Source of the DNA: Felis catus | Lineage: Eukaryota | Assembly (NCBI RefSeq): GCF_018350175.1 | Contig: NC_058383.1 | Span: forward strand, 13,704,001 to 13,768,000 | Reading direction: 5' to 3' | Length of the DNA: 64,000 nt | Part shown: positions 24,201 to 36,642 of the stretch, piece by piece | Layout: each line of letters starts with the position of its first letter | Position numbering within the stretch: position 1 is the stretch's first letter | The notes under the pieces: generated by a model | Database searches by the model: none | The model's input: only the letters and a program-made list of their open reading frames with translations | Told to the model about the DNA's origin: nothing | Made by a program: the position numbers and the translations under genes

Positions 24201-27200
24201 GCACCTTGGACCTTGAAGAGGGCTTCCTCTGCGCTCCCAAGCTGCGTGACCGCACATGGCAAGCACGTAGATTTGTTCGTGTGTTCTTGCTTTAAATGAC
24301 CCAGTCCTCCCGCCATGCTGCCCAAAGAAACAGGAAGGTCAGCGAAAGGAGAGCGGAAAAATACCTCGGGTACCCCCACCCCCACCCATACCAGGGGCAA
24401 GTTGAGACTCACCACTTACTAGGATTCCAGGTGTAGACGCGTCCTTTCATCTGGTGGAAAGCTGCAGTGTGGGTAGAAAAGCGGGTTTTGTTAACAGGTT
24501 GCTGTTTGGTTTCCTTCTTCTTCGCGGTTCCTAGTGGCTCTTAGAAACCACGTCTGTTGTGACTCAACCGTCTACAGGGCCAGAGGCGGTTCCACAGACA
24601 GCCCCTTTCTGACGACCAGAACTCCCTGTACCTCTGCTCAGATTGACACATCATGTTGCTTGCTTGCTGCCTTAAAGAAGAAAAAAAAAAGCGCGTTGTA
24701 TATATAACCTAGATTATGTCCCTATAAAGTGAATTTGTAATGACTCCCTCGCGAGCTTAGCAAAAGTATGTCTAGACAATTTTTTCTGGCTTTCCCTCCC
24801 AAACCTCTTTGGGTTAAAAATAGGGAAGGATTTGTTTTAATACAGTGCAGCACTGTATCTTTAACCTTTTGTCCAAATGCACATTGCCTGTTTAAGTTTT
24901 ATTTAGAGAAAGCGTGTAACTTATAAACCAGCTCGCGCAGACCTCGAGCCTGTCCCCGGCCGGCCTTCCTGCTGCCGGCGGATTAGCCAAGACTCCAGAA
25001 GTGTTTCACAGGAAACTCAGATGGAGGGAAGCACTTAATTATTATCCAAATTTTTCCCTTTAGTTAAGTCTTACGGTAAGATATCCCAGAGATTATATTT
25101 TTAGCAACCACTTTAAAGAGACTGGGGAGATTAATTTAAAATTGATAATCGCATGGCAGCACCACGGCTTAACAAGCTCAAGGTCTGCCTTGTGGAGCTC
25201 GCTGCTCTCAGGGGACTCCGGTTCAATTCTCTTTGCTGCCAGTTGAAATCAGAAATCACAACCGCAGTGATTAGCAGTGAATCCCCTGATCTCCGTGCCC
25301 CAGGCAGAGGGAGAGGGGGCCTGTTTTCTCGGTAGCCAGTAAGTTAACCCCTTTGTGGGCGGAGGCCACGGGCAGAGGAAGTGATGCGTGGGGTTGGGGT
25401 GGGGGGCCTGGGAATCGCCATCTCTACAAAAATTGCCCAGATGGTCCTGAGCATCATCGGGTGGGTCCGGGAGCCACTGCTTTGGAGTCGTGGTGAGAGG
25501 AGGCAGAAAGAGCCTCGCTGGCCCCGCCGAAGCCACCCTCTGGCCCCCGTGACCGCTGACACCTGTACCCGCGCGGTTCAAAGGCCTCCAGAGGCCCCTG
25601 CTTCCCTGGCTGGCGGGCAGCTTTATCAAGCCGTGAGAGTCGTTCTTTGTAGAAAGAAACAGAACAGCCCGCTTTCTGCCCCTCTTCCAGCTTTCTGTCT
25701 TTAAAAAATGGCCTCTGGCTACCAAGTGGACGATTATGGATAGTATTGTAGAGTCGCAGTAAGCAGTGTTAATGAGCTGCAGGATATCAGACACAAAAAA
25801 GAAAATATTTTCCCGGCGGGCCAAACAAAATTAATTTTAAAAATTAATGTAAACCACTAATGCTGCAAGTGCCTCCATTAAATTATAGGACTGTGACATG
25901 TACAATGCGATATTTTTGCCATTGAATTTGTTATCTAAGAGGTGTTCATTGTTTGTTACAGTGTGAAAAGCTGTTTTCCTCCAGATAAGCGTGTTCATTA
26001 GTAAACTGGATCCCTGCCACCACCCTGTTTCTTTGCTCTGAAGCAATGCCTTGTAGCATAAATGCAGACAGCCGCTCTGCTTTTAATATCAGAAATGTAA
26101 ATCAAGAGCGTCCAGCCTGGTTTCAAATGGCTTCAGTCTTTCTCAGGATGAAATCTGGGGGAAAAAAATTCTCTCTGCTGCTTCTGACACCGCGGCTCTG
26201 GCAGACAGGCCCTGAAAGCGGCTGATAATTATTAAACAAAGTATCTCGCTTCCCACTGAGGTCTCAGGATCCTCCTGTCATTAGACTGGATTTATTTCTA
26301 GGGTTTCATTCACGCTGTGACAGTTTGGGATTGATAAATCCTGTGTTTTAATTTCAGGCAGCAATGAAACTGGTCAAATGCAATTTGGGAGGGACCAAAG
26401 CCTTGATAAAATGGCTGTGCATCTTAATGCCTAGACACAGAGCCAGAATGAAGAAGGCATCTCGGGGGCCTTGCTGAGCCCTCAGCCGAAGCAGGCGGCA
26501 ACCAGGGCCCGCTTGGAGGCGGTACAGAGGCAGGCCCAGCCAAGCCTCCTCCAGGGCGGGCCCAGAGCGCCTCTGTTCCGCCCCGCCCCCTGTCCTGGCT
26601 GGTTGGCACTGGCCTTGCCTCTGAGAAAAGGAGAGGGCAAACAGGAGGAGCCCCGCGTCCTGCCAGGCAAAGCCAAAGAGCCAGGTGTGGGCCGTGGGGC
26701 GAGGGCGGGCTTCGGGGTGTGCTCGGCTCTGTGGCCCCCGCTTCGGACACTTGACCTTGGACACTTGGACACTTGGACACTTGACCAGCCCAAAGAGCGC
26801 GTGGGTTCTCACTGCACCTCCACGCTCTGCTTGAGTTGCACAAGCTCGGGGTCTGATTCTTTTTCTCTCTCTCTCTCTCTCTTCAAAGGAAAGCCAAAAT
26901 TACTGACTCCTCTGATTCTTTTTGGCTTTATTTACTTACTCAACAAATATCAAATGCAGCCTAATTTCAAATCTGAAGGGTACATCAGTAACCGGTTGAG
27001 AGCAGAGAGAAAACCTGATTAGCAATAAAGCCCATTTCCATAGAAGCAGGGTAATTAAGATACTGTGTGAAAAAGTACTTGGGGAGTCCTGACCAGTCAG
27101 CTTTCGGGGGTCCTGCGAGGGGGCAACCTGTCCCTGCCCTGATGGGGAAGCAGCTGGACCGACACAGAGGAAGGACGCTGGGGTCCTCGGCAGGGCTCCA

Positions 27201-27484
27201 TGCCTTCCCATGGGGCTGTTGGTATCTCACCGGGCTCCAAGTGCTGCACAGCACAAGCCAGTACCAGAGCGGCCACAAGAAGGCTGTTCAGAGGCCCCTC
27301 CACTTCCAGACTCTCCATTTTATTAGCAAGGAAACTGGGAGTCCCAGTAATGGCTTGCCGCTAAAAAAAAAAAAGGCACAAAGTAACTGACTCATTCTGA
27401 GAGGTCCATCGGACCCTTGTGCCACAGGCTTCTAACTGGTCCTGCTAATCACATATATTAAAGCAGGAACTGAAGTGCCATCGC

Positions 27485-27837
27485 TAAGATGACCATATGT
27501 CCAGGTTTGCCTGGGACAGTCCCAATTTATACCTTGTTAATAGCACCCCTTCCACTTTGAAAGATACCCCAGTTTAGAGGCACCTGGGTGGCTCAGTCTG
27601 TTGAGCGTCTCACTCTTGCATTCAGCTCAGGTCATGATCCCAGGGTCATGGGATCGAGCCCTGAGTCGGGCTCTATGCTGACAGTGTGGAGCCTGCTTAA
27701 GATTCTCTGTCTCTCTCTCTCTCTCTCTGCCCTTTTCCCCTGCTCTCTCTCTAAAATGAAACTTAAAAAAATAATAAAATTCAATTACAATTTTGAAAAA
27801 CACCCCAGTTTAATTGTGACATGACGTGGTCACCCTA
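27485..27837 (+). mobile_element. MER94-like (hAT-Blackjack) element split by a Can-SINE
   Basis: Left end TAAGATGACCATATGTCCAGGTTTGCCTGGGACAGTCCC, internal TTAATAGCACCCCTTCCACT, right end TGGTCACCCTA. Confidence 0.85.
27577..27785 (+). mobile_element. Can-SINE inserted in MER94
   Basis: SINE body; TSD TTTGAAAGATACCCCAGTTTA (27556) / TTTGAAAAACACCCCAGTTTA (27792). Confidence 0.95.
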
Positions 27838-27979
27838 GGCATTACCCACAACCTAGCCAGTTCATTCAAGGCAATTTACAAGCCTCATATGGCCCGTCAA
27901 GCAGAATCTTGTTTGAAAGTTGCAAGAGGATACATACTGAACAGAACCAATAAAATCAAGTTCTAAAAAGTGTAGAACA

Positions 27980-28149
27980 GAAGCACCCGGGTAGCTCAGC
28001 TCTCAGCTGGTTAAACGTCTGACTCTTGATTTTGGCTCAGGTCATGATCTAATGATTCAGGAGTTCAAGTTCTGCACTGACAGTGCGAAGCCTGCTTGGG
28101 ATTCTCTCTCTCTCCCTCTCTCTGCCCCTCCCCTGCTTGCATGTCTGCT

Positions 28150-28189
<40 letters not shown>

Positions 28190-28207
28190 ATAAACAAACT
28201 TGAAAAA
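27980..28207 (+). mobile_element. Can-SINE with internal deletion
   Basis: Head, GGCTCAGGTCATGATC, long (CT)n and tail; the segment after GAGTTCAAG is missing. Confidence 0.93.
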
Positions 28208-28217
28208 TCACAGAACT

Positions 28218-28396
28218 GGGGCGCCTGGGTGGCTCAGTTGGTTAAGTGTCTAACTTTGGCTCAAGTCATGATCTCGTGGTTCGTGAGTTCGAGCCCCACA
28301 CTGAGCTCTCTGCTGTCAGCACAAAGCCCACTTGGGATCTCGTCTCCCTTTGTCCCTGCCCCTAGCACTCTCTCTCAAAAATAAGTATTTTTTAAA
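28218..28396 (+). mobile_element. Can-SINE, tandem to the previous copy
   Basis: GGGGCGCCTGGGTGGCTCAG head about 10 bp after the previous tail. Confidence 0.95.
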
Positions 28397-29774
28397 GTCC
28401 ACAACGTGTAGCAAAAACGCAAATACATACTATGCACAACAAATATCAAGTTAGTGCCAGTATCTCTCTGTGAAGAGGGATTCAAAATATCTATTTCAGC
28501 TGGATAGAGGCTGCTTTCCTTACGTATTTCTTATATTATCCTTTATTTTTTGGTAGGCAGGAATATTTCATAACTTCACGTTTTCAAGATAATTATGATT
28601 CGGTCCATAGGGGATGGTTGCATTAAAGTATAAGAGAGAGTATATGTATGTTATGCGTGTGTAGCAAAGGGGGAGATTATATTTAGGGTCAAGCCTCTCC
28701 AGAATTGCTGTTGCCTACTAGAGATGAGGTTACCAGGAGCAGGAATTGGGCCCTGCATTTGACCTCGGGGAGAACACTGATGCCCAGCGGCTCCGGGAAG
28801 AGGCGAGGTGTAACCAGCACAGGCGCCCGCCCCGGTACCCGGCGCCCTCAGAACTGAGGTTCGCATCTTGCAGTGGGACCTGAGAAAGCTAGCTGTTTGC
28901 ATTTCGGGCAGGTTTGCCTCCACAGACTCTGCCGCTCAGTCACATTCAGTTTGCAGGTTGACATGCACCGTTGTGTCCTTGAGGTCAGCGCTTGCCTGTA
29001 GATTTTGATAATCCCTCTGTTTCCTTCTCCCCCCAGTACTTGCAATAACTCAGATCCTTTCTCTCCACCGTTTGCAGTAAACAGATGGACGAGCACGGAG
29101 AGAAATGTGCAGTCTTAGGGGAGGCCCTCCGGTGGGGGCCGGGGGCCACAGGCGATGCCCTAGCATCTGCTGGAGAGTCTTGTGCCAATGCAAAGAATCG
29201 TGCTGAAATCTGAGGGACTCCTCCTGGAATAATCTCGAGGAAGCTTTACTTCTGCCCAGGAGACTGCGTGTTTTGGCTTGAACCTTCCCTGTAAACACGG
29301 TAGCTGCATCTAGTCCTGATCTCAGAACTGTCTGCCTTCCAGAAACTGCGCTTCTAGGCAAAGAAAGGACCCGCTCACCCTCCGCCCCGTTATTTTTGGT
29401 CTTTACAGCTGATGTGCGCTTTCAGCCGTACTTCTGGAACCTCTGTCCGAGTAGGTGCGGGTGTGGTGCCGGTCATACTGACTAGTTTACGAAAGCGCCC
29501 AGGAGTGAGTAAGATGGCCCCAGAGTGAGAAGGGACATCCCCCGTGGGAATGGGTTTTTCTAGAGGAGAGGAGACCTGAGAACAGAGGGGCATGAGAACG
29601 TGGGGTCTGGACTGAGTACACATCTTACTCTATCCGTGGCCGTGTTTGCGAGCACTCTTTCACCCACGCAGGTGGTCCTTGGCAAGCCAGTGACTATTTG
29701 GTCTGGACACTGTACTTGTGGGCACCCGGTACAGTGATGCGCATACAGCCCGCGCCCGACACGAGCCTAGCAAC

Positions 29775-30160
29775 AGCCAGCCTTTACTGAGCGCACTCCG
29801 CCGCACCCTAGCCCTTTGGTAAACGCTTGTTACGGTTTTTTGCTCCTATTCCCCCGTCACCTGTTGAAGTGGGTGTTGAAGTGTGTGGATCGGCCGTATG
29901 AAATTGCCATTTGTTGTATGTCAAAAACAGTCAAATATTGGCAGTTTTATGGGATTCAGTCTGGTCTCGTATTCAAAAACAGAAACATCAGCAACTTCGT
30001 ACGCGTCAACGTAATAGCCTTTCGTATTTGTTTTGCCGGTGCAGAAATTCAGATGCCGAAACTTGCTGTAAGTCAGCCAGCTAGCAGGTGGAGGGGCTGG
30101 GATCTGAACCAGGTAGGGCAGCCTCAGACCTTGGCACCGCCCTGCCTCACCATGCTGCCT
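29775..30160 (-). mobile_element. MIR SINE interrupted by MADE2
   Basis: TTTACTGAGCGCACT... on the left; GTCAGCCAGCTAGCAGGTGGAGGGGCTGGGATCTGAACC on the right. Confidence 0.65.
29885..30016. mobile_element. MADE2-like mariner MITE plus a second partial copy
   Basis: CCGTATGAAATTGCCATTTGTTGTATGTCAAAAACAGTCAAATATTGGCAGTTTTATG matches the recalled MADE2 consensus; the right half recurs at 29973-30016. Confidence 0.7.
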
Positions 30161-33100
30161 CCTTGGGCGGAAGACAAAGGCCTGTTTTCGAGGCCTGGGT
30201 GTTCAGATCAGTCCTTCCACACCTCGGCCAACTTGGAGATCAAAGATGGCTGGTCAAATGAATCAAATGTTTCCTGGAGTCTTGGGTTACACTCTTGATG
30301 CTCTGTTTAAAAAGAACGATGTGTAGTGAGCACACCACTCTGGAAGACGGAAATCTGGAAGACGGAAAAAAAATCTCTCTGTACGATCTCTGCTCCTCTC
30401 CCCAGCAAAGAAAGAAAGCGGTGTGGTACCAGCAGAGGTGTTCTCAGCAGGACCTGGCCCATTAAATGAAAGACTTCCATGCTGAGCCAATCAAGAGAGA
30501 CCTGGACAAAAATCAGACTCTTTCCTGCCCTGGAAACCCATGCCTTGAATCTGTAATTCATCTGTTAAATCAAGTGTGCAGCCGGTGGTTTAGCACAGAG
30601 GGGGACTGCAGGGAAGGGAAGAGTGAGGGGCAGAAGCTGTGGCACTTGAATTTTCAGCATCAGAGTCAAGTTAGGAAAAAGAAACGGGGCTGTGATAGCT
30701 TCTCGGACCTTACGTTGCCAGCCAAGAGAAACCAGCGGGAAAGATTCTCGAAAACCGATGAGCTGGTGGAGGCATAGGAACAATGGCGGAAGAGGCAGGG
30801 GCCCCAGGGGCTGAATAAAGCGCAGTGCCTCTGTTGCCTTTCAACAAGACTGAATAAAGTTTAGGATTTTTTTTTTTTTTAAGGGACTTGTAGCCATTTT
30901 TACACTTTCATTTTTCATAATGTCACAGATAATCTTTTTATCTATTATCCGCTGGCTCTTTTCGGGGAGGCATTTGCATCAAATAGTGCTGCACAGATCA
31001 TGACTGTCTCTAGCGGGGAAAGCGGCTTGAAATGAAAGGTTATTCACTCCCTCTGCTTTCCCCGGCTTTGTTCTTGATTCTCGCGCAGTTTTTTTTTTTT
31101 TTTTTTTTTTACATCTGAATTCAGGTATTTCTGGAGTTTTCCTTTAGAAACCCTTCCATTCTGAGATCTAAGCAGATCCAGACTCCAGTCTGTGTAGCGG
31201 GGGTTACAAAGCTTATGTTCACTGAAAGTGAAACATCTACTTTGAAACATCTGTCAGATACCCGGTGTCCTCCAGAATCCCTCGGGAGCGTTTCCTACGG
31301 AGGTGGCACCGGCAGAGAGGTGGGCCCTCCCGCAGCCGGCGGTGGCCTCCGGTGGTGGTGGGGCATAGCCTTTTAAACACACACTGCCAGGCTGGACTGG
31401 GCAGTCGGCTCCTTCCAGCAGCAAGGAGAAAGGGTCTGGGGGTGGATTTCCTTCTGCCCCTCCCCCTAAGCGGGGACTAGCAGACCTGAGCTCTCCCAGC
31501 GGGAGCAGTGGGGCTGTGTGTGGACAGAGCATGTTGGGAACCAAGTGGTCACGTGGGCTGGCCGGGAAGAGGAATCCAAAGCAAGCCCGTTTGTTTGCAG
31601 AACCCCATTAGAAAGCAAAGAATGGCCTAGAAAGTCATGGAGGTATGACTTATAGTTTGTGTTCAGCTTTCATTACTTAGCTCCTCCCCCAGCCCCCACT
31701 CGGAGCTCTAGGGGGACCCCGGGAAGGCCCCCGAGTGGTTCTCGGGCCTCCATGATGAGGCGTCTCATGGAAGCACCCTCCTCCTCCCCTCCAGCTCCTT
31801 CTGCTGCTGCTCCCCACCAGAACATTCCACCACTCCCTTCCACGGAGACCGGAAACATTGCTTTCCCTCTTCAGAAAGAGTGAGAGCAGTCTGCAGAGGC
31901 AAGGCCCGTGGGGCCACTACAGTTTCTGTGTTCAAACTGCATTGAGCTTCGTCTCAAACAGCTGCACTCAGGTTAATAGTGGCCTCACAGAACAGTGGCC
32001 ACGGGCTTGTTGGTGCATGGTTTCGGTATCTAAAGAGTCCCCAGCACGGGGAGCCCTGAGCCCATAGAAGTACTGACAAGCCCTTCTAGCTAGAGGACAA
32101 TTCTTCGTGGCTTTTGAGTGCCTGTCTGGTGGCCCACACTCACCCTCACAGGGGCCTGCAGCGGGGGTGATGCGGGGACACCCCAGCCTGGGGAGGTCGA
32201 AGTGATGGTCCAAGTTCGTGGGCCTGGTGGCTGAGTGAGCCTCAGAACTTAGGTCTTTCTGAGCCTGACTTCCTCATTCATACTGTCTCCTGCCTACCTC
32301 CCTTTGCCAGTTCTTGGGGGGCACAAGAACTTTATTTTCCTTTATTTTCGTTCCTTTATTTTCGGGACTCTGGATAGTGTTGCTACCCTGAGGATTTGTT
32401 TCCGAGAGAAAGGTTGCATGGTTGGAATAAGAAGGTAATTTCCTTCTCCCTAAACTTCTCTGTCCAGACCTTTGAGCCAGTCCTCACAACTTTCTACTGT
32501 TATGACTGAAAAGAAACTTCTGTTAAGTCATAAATACACTAGAGGCCCTGAGACTACATCCATGAAAATATTCTCTCCTTGGGCGTGGAACTCTCCCAGG
32601 GCTGTGGCAGGAGTATAGAAATCGTTGCTGAGTTGTCAGCCACGCACGACAGATTTCCCAGTCGTAACAAACACACACTGTACCTGTGCACACGGAACTC
32701 TCCAAGTAAAGCAAACAAGTTCTGGGCATCGCGGTTCTCCTCATTTGCCACTTTTCTGTCAGGGCTCTGTGCGTTTCGTTCTGTTGCACAGATACTTGTG
32801 AATCTTCGAATAAGCAGAGTGGCTGCCCCATGGCTTTCACTTAACTTGCTTCAGAGTTAAAGGGAGTCGTAGATTTACGTAGATTGGCCTCTGTCATGGC
32901 ACGTGCACGCCGAACGCTCAGAAGATGCCGATTGTCGCCCCGGGCCCGCTTCCCATCATGACGGGAGCAGGTGTCTCTGCTTCTTTAAGGCTCAGAAGAA
33001 AACAGTGATAACACCTGCTGTGCCCACCCTGTTGGGCTGGGGGAACTGGAAGAGTCCCGGGGCAAATGAGAAAGAGTGGGGTGCCCCTGGATGTGACCTG

Positions 33101-33174
33101 GGTGCCAGGGTCCACCAGAAGTGCTAGGACAGACCTGACCTGCATTTGCCCACTTAGCAGCTTTTGCTTCCTAG

Positions 33175-33385
33175 GGGGCACCTGGGTGGCTCAGGCGGTT
33201 GAGTGTACGACTTCAGCTCAGGTCATGATCTCACGGTTGGTAGGTTCGAGCCCCACAACGGGCTTTGCGCCGACAGCACAGAACCTGCTTTGGATTCTCT
33301 GTCTCCCTCTCTCTCTGCCCCTCCCCTGCTTGCTCTCTTTCTCTCTCAAAAATAAACATTAAAAAACATTTTTTTTTTTTTTTAA
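33175..33385 (+). mobile_element. Can-SINE
   Basis: Full head, body, CT tract, AATAAA and A/T tail. Confidence 0.96.
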
Positions 33386-33891
33386 GTTTAGAAGGTTTCA
33401 CATCCTAGGACACACTGTGCCCCTTTGCTGGCAGGGGGAGAATGAATTCGGAGACCCACACCAGCCCACTCTTTGACAGGAAGCCTTGGTTCCTGGCAAC
33501 GGGATTACCCACGTGTCCTTAAAGTGCCCGCTGCCTCTGCTCCTGCCCCGCAACCCGTAGCTCACTGGGGAGGCCACTCGTGCTTCCGGCCTGTCTGCCG
33601 CCCACCCCCAACCTGGCTGCTGAGCAGATAATCCAGCCTCCCTCAGTGTGGCCGGTACGGCAGCCGGCACAACTCTCGAAGCTGTGCAGCCGCCGACCTC
33701 CCCAGCCACCTGGAGAGGCACACCGCAGGGGCTGCCGGGAGGTTCGGGGGTCACCTCATGGCTGAGCCCTCCAGAGAGACTTTAGCCTGTAAAAATAATA
33801 ACAATTACAGATGATGCAAGTTTCAAACGTAAAACCTAGCTCATTGATAAACTCTAGGAAATTCAACATGTATTTAAAAATATTCACGTAC

Positions 33892-34117
33892 GGGGCGCCT
33901 GGGTGGCGCAGTCGGTTAAGCGTCCGACTTCAGCCAGGTCACGATCTCGCGGTCCATGAGTTCGAGCCCCGCGTCGGGCTCTGGGCTGATGGCTCAGAGC
34001 CTGGAGCCTGTTTCCGATCCTGTGTCTCCCTCTCTCTCTGCCCCTCCCCCGTTCATGCTCTGTCTCTCTCTGTCTCAAAAATAAATAAACGTTAGAAAAA
34101 AAAATTTTTTTTTTTTT
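33892..34117 (+). mobile_element. Young feline SINEC_Fc-type SINE
   Basis: CpG-rich body; perfect 14-bp TSD AAATATTCACGTAC (33878-33891 / 34118-34131). Confidence 0.98.
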
Positions 34118-34234
34118 AAATATTCACGTACGCCATCGACGTCGTTTACATTCTTGTGCGTTTGTTCAGTAGGACCCTCCAGAGGGAGGGCAGAGTCCTC
34201 GGTTTTCTCTTCGCTTTTTGCCATGGGCCTGGCA

Positions 34235-34450
34235 GTATTAAGTTTAGGGGCTTAAGTTGTGGAGCCACACGACCTGGGTTTGAATCCAGCTCTGGCACTC
34301 GATAGCTCTGTGACCTTGGACGGGCTTTTTGACATGTTTATAATTCCATCTCCTCACCTCTAAAATACTTTTACCTACTTCACTGAGGCATTGGCACAAA
34401 TGAAGCACTGGCAGTCGTGCCTCCTGACATGCACTAAGCACGGAATAATA
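34235..34450 (+). mobile_element. MIR SINE
   Basis: GACCTGGGTTTGAATCCAGCTCTGGCACTCGATAGCTCTGTGACCTTGGAC. Confidence 0.8.
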
Positions 34451-35242
34451 TGTCGGCAAGATTTCTTTTTCTTAAAACGTGTTTTATTAAATAAGAACAC
34501 GGGATCTTACAAGTCAAAGACCTATGGTTCCGTAAAGACGGGGACTGAGATTGAAGCATTACCCTCCGTTACCCCCGCCTCCGTTACCCCCCCGTTACCC
34601 CCTACCCCCCCCCCCCACCAGCTCCGTCCTCATCCACCTCAGAGAGCAGACACTACCCATTTGGACGGATTTCAAAGCCAAGCAACGTGCCTTACCGTTC
34701 ACATCAAGGCCAGACCCTGGTCTGGTGATTATGGAGTCGGAGACCCATGTCCAATACCATTTGGTAGCACGTCGCTTAATTACTGAAGATCATGGTGTGG
34801 GGGTTCAACAAGTCCTAAGTTTACAGCCACGCCTCATTTTTCTCCCCAAAATACAAAGTACTGTTTAGTCCCCACCAAACCTAGGACAGCAGTTGAGGTG
34901 TTGCTCTTCCCATTGACTGGATGGGAAAGTGGTGTCCCTTGGGTGGGAGAGGACTGCAGGTCTCCTCAGTGTCAGGGTCTCCACAGTAACGACTGGCTGC
35001 TTTTAAAGCTCCCCCCGTGACTCTGGGGAGAAATAGCAGAGCCACTGTCTGGCCAGCAGGTCAGGCACAGCACAGGACCATCCCGGCAGCCCTCCATCCT
35101 GTGACCTCTAGTGTGGAGATGAACGGAAGACAGGGGGCCAAGCCAGTGATCTTACAGTGAGACAAGGAGACGACTGGTGTGCCCAATCCTGCTCGTGCCC
35201 TTTCAGAACACTCCCTAGCAGAGCTTTGACCGTGGCCGAGAC

Positions 35243-35434
35243 CAGTGGATCTGAAACTTGTGCGCACACCAGAATCACCGGCAGGGGCTGTAAGAATTCG
35301 GACTGTGGGCCTCCCCCCACCCCCCACCTCCAGAGTTTCTGCCTAGGTAGGTCTAGGGTTGAGTCCGAGGATTTGCATTTCTAACAAGTTCCCGGCTGAT
35401 GCAGGTCCAGAGAGACCACACTTTGAGAAACCTG
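35243..35434 (-). mobile_element. MER5A (hAT-Charlie)
   Basis: CAGTGG...AGAATCACC...ATTTGCATTTCTAACAAGTTCCC...GACCACACTTTGAGAA. Confidence 0.85.
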
Positions 35435-36642
35435 TGCTTTGATAGCAGGTGTGGTTAGCAGGCCTTGATCACTGCTCAGAAACTTCACAGGATGATTCAA
35501 ATGCTGAGCCCTGCAAGTTCCACTTCCAGACAGGAGGCAACGAGGCCGGAAGCCCTGCTCGATTTTGTGCATTCGAGGACCACAGAGAGAGACTTCGGCC
35601 CTGGGCCCAAGGAAAGCTCTCTGCAGCTTGCTGCTTCTCTCTACCCTGGGTTAATAACTTTCCTTCCATTCCTTCTGGAGGAAGGTTGCAGACGCCAGAC
35701 TGGAGTCAATGAGCAGGATGAGTGGTAGGAGTGGGAGTGGGGGAGTGCGTTAAGTTTGCTGAGGGGTGAACACGCCCAGAACCACCAAAGTGGGGTGGGC
35801 GGTAAGAATGACTGCTAGCTGCTTGGGGGGCAGATGTGCAAGCTGGCATTGAAGCAGCCTCTCTCGTAGGGGCCCGGTGCTGTTGGCAAGCGGCCCCCCT
35901 CCTAGCACATCTCCTCGGTGAAGGGGCCTTGGGGTGTTGTGGCCTGAAACTCGGTAGGCAGAGGGTTGGGTTTGCATGCCCACTGCTGTCACTTCCTAGC
36001 CCGGGGCCAAGGAGGTTCCAAACCACGCCTCATTTCTCAATGTAGAAGATGGAGAGAACGCTCTCCGACTTCACCACCTCTCCGGTTGTGGGCGAGCCCT
36101 ACTGCACGCATTCGGTGCTGTGCATTCCTGGGCATGTCTCCAAGGCTGGGGCTCTCTGCAAGGAAGGCGGCCACCAGGGCAGCCCAGGAGTTCTTGAGAA
36201 ATGCTTGCGAGGAGGCGTGTGGCCAGCTTTCCACCCACTCACCTTCCCAAGTCACTGGGTCCCTTCCTCTTTGGTTCCTCCTCTGTACCATGAGGCTGGA
36301 GAAAGTACTTCGTTCAGAATCTCTTCTGGCTGTTAAATGGCTTGAGCCCATTGTCAACCGGAAGACTCCAATACAGACTGTGACGTCTAAACCCCAAACA
36401 GCAAGGAGCGTCTCTTGCAAACCACCAGCCTGGATGGGTGGGGCGGTTTTGCGGTCCCAGGCACCGATGACCGCCCTGTCGCGGTGTCCCAAGCCTCCGA
36501 TTGCCTCAGGGCCGCCCTGACGCCCCAGACCCCATCCCAGCCTGTCCCTCCCGGGCCGGGATGCCAAGTCGTCCGAATCGGCGCGCACTCCGCCTCGGCG
36601 GCCGCCCGACCCCGCGCCGGCACGCCCGGGCTCGCGCCGCAG

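Noticed and set aside
25249..27022. ORFs of 191, 183 and 152 aa
   Set aside because: No recognisable homology, they overlap on opposite strands and cross simple repeats; no exon structure
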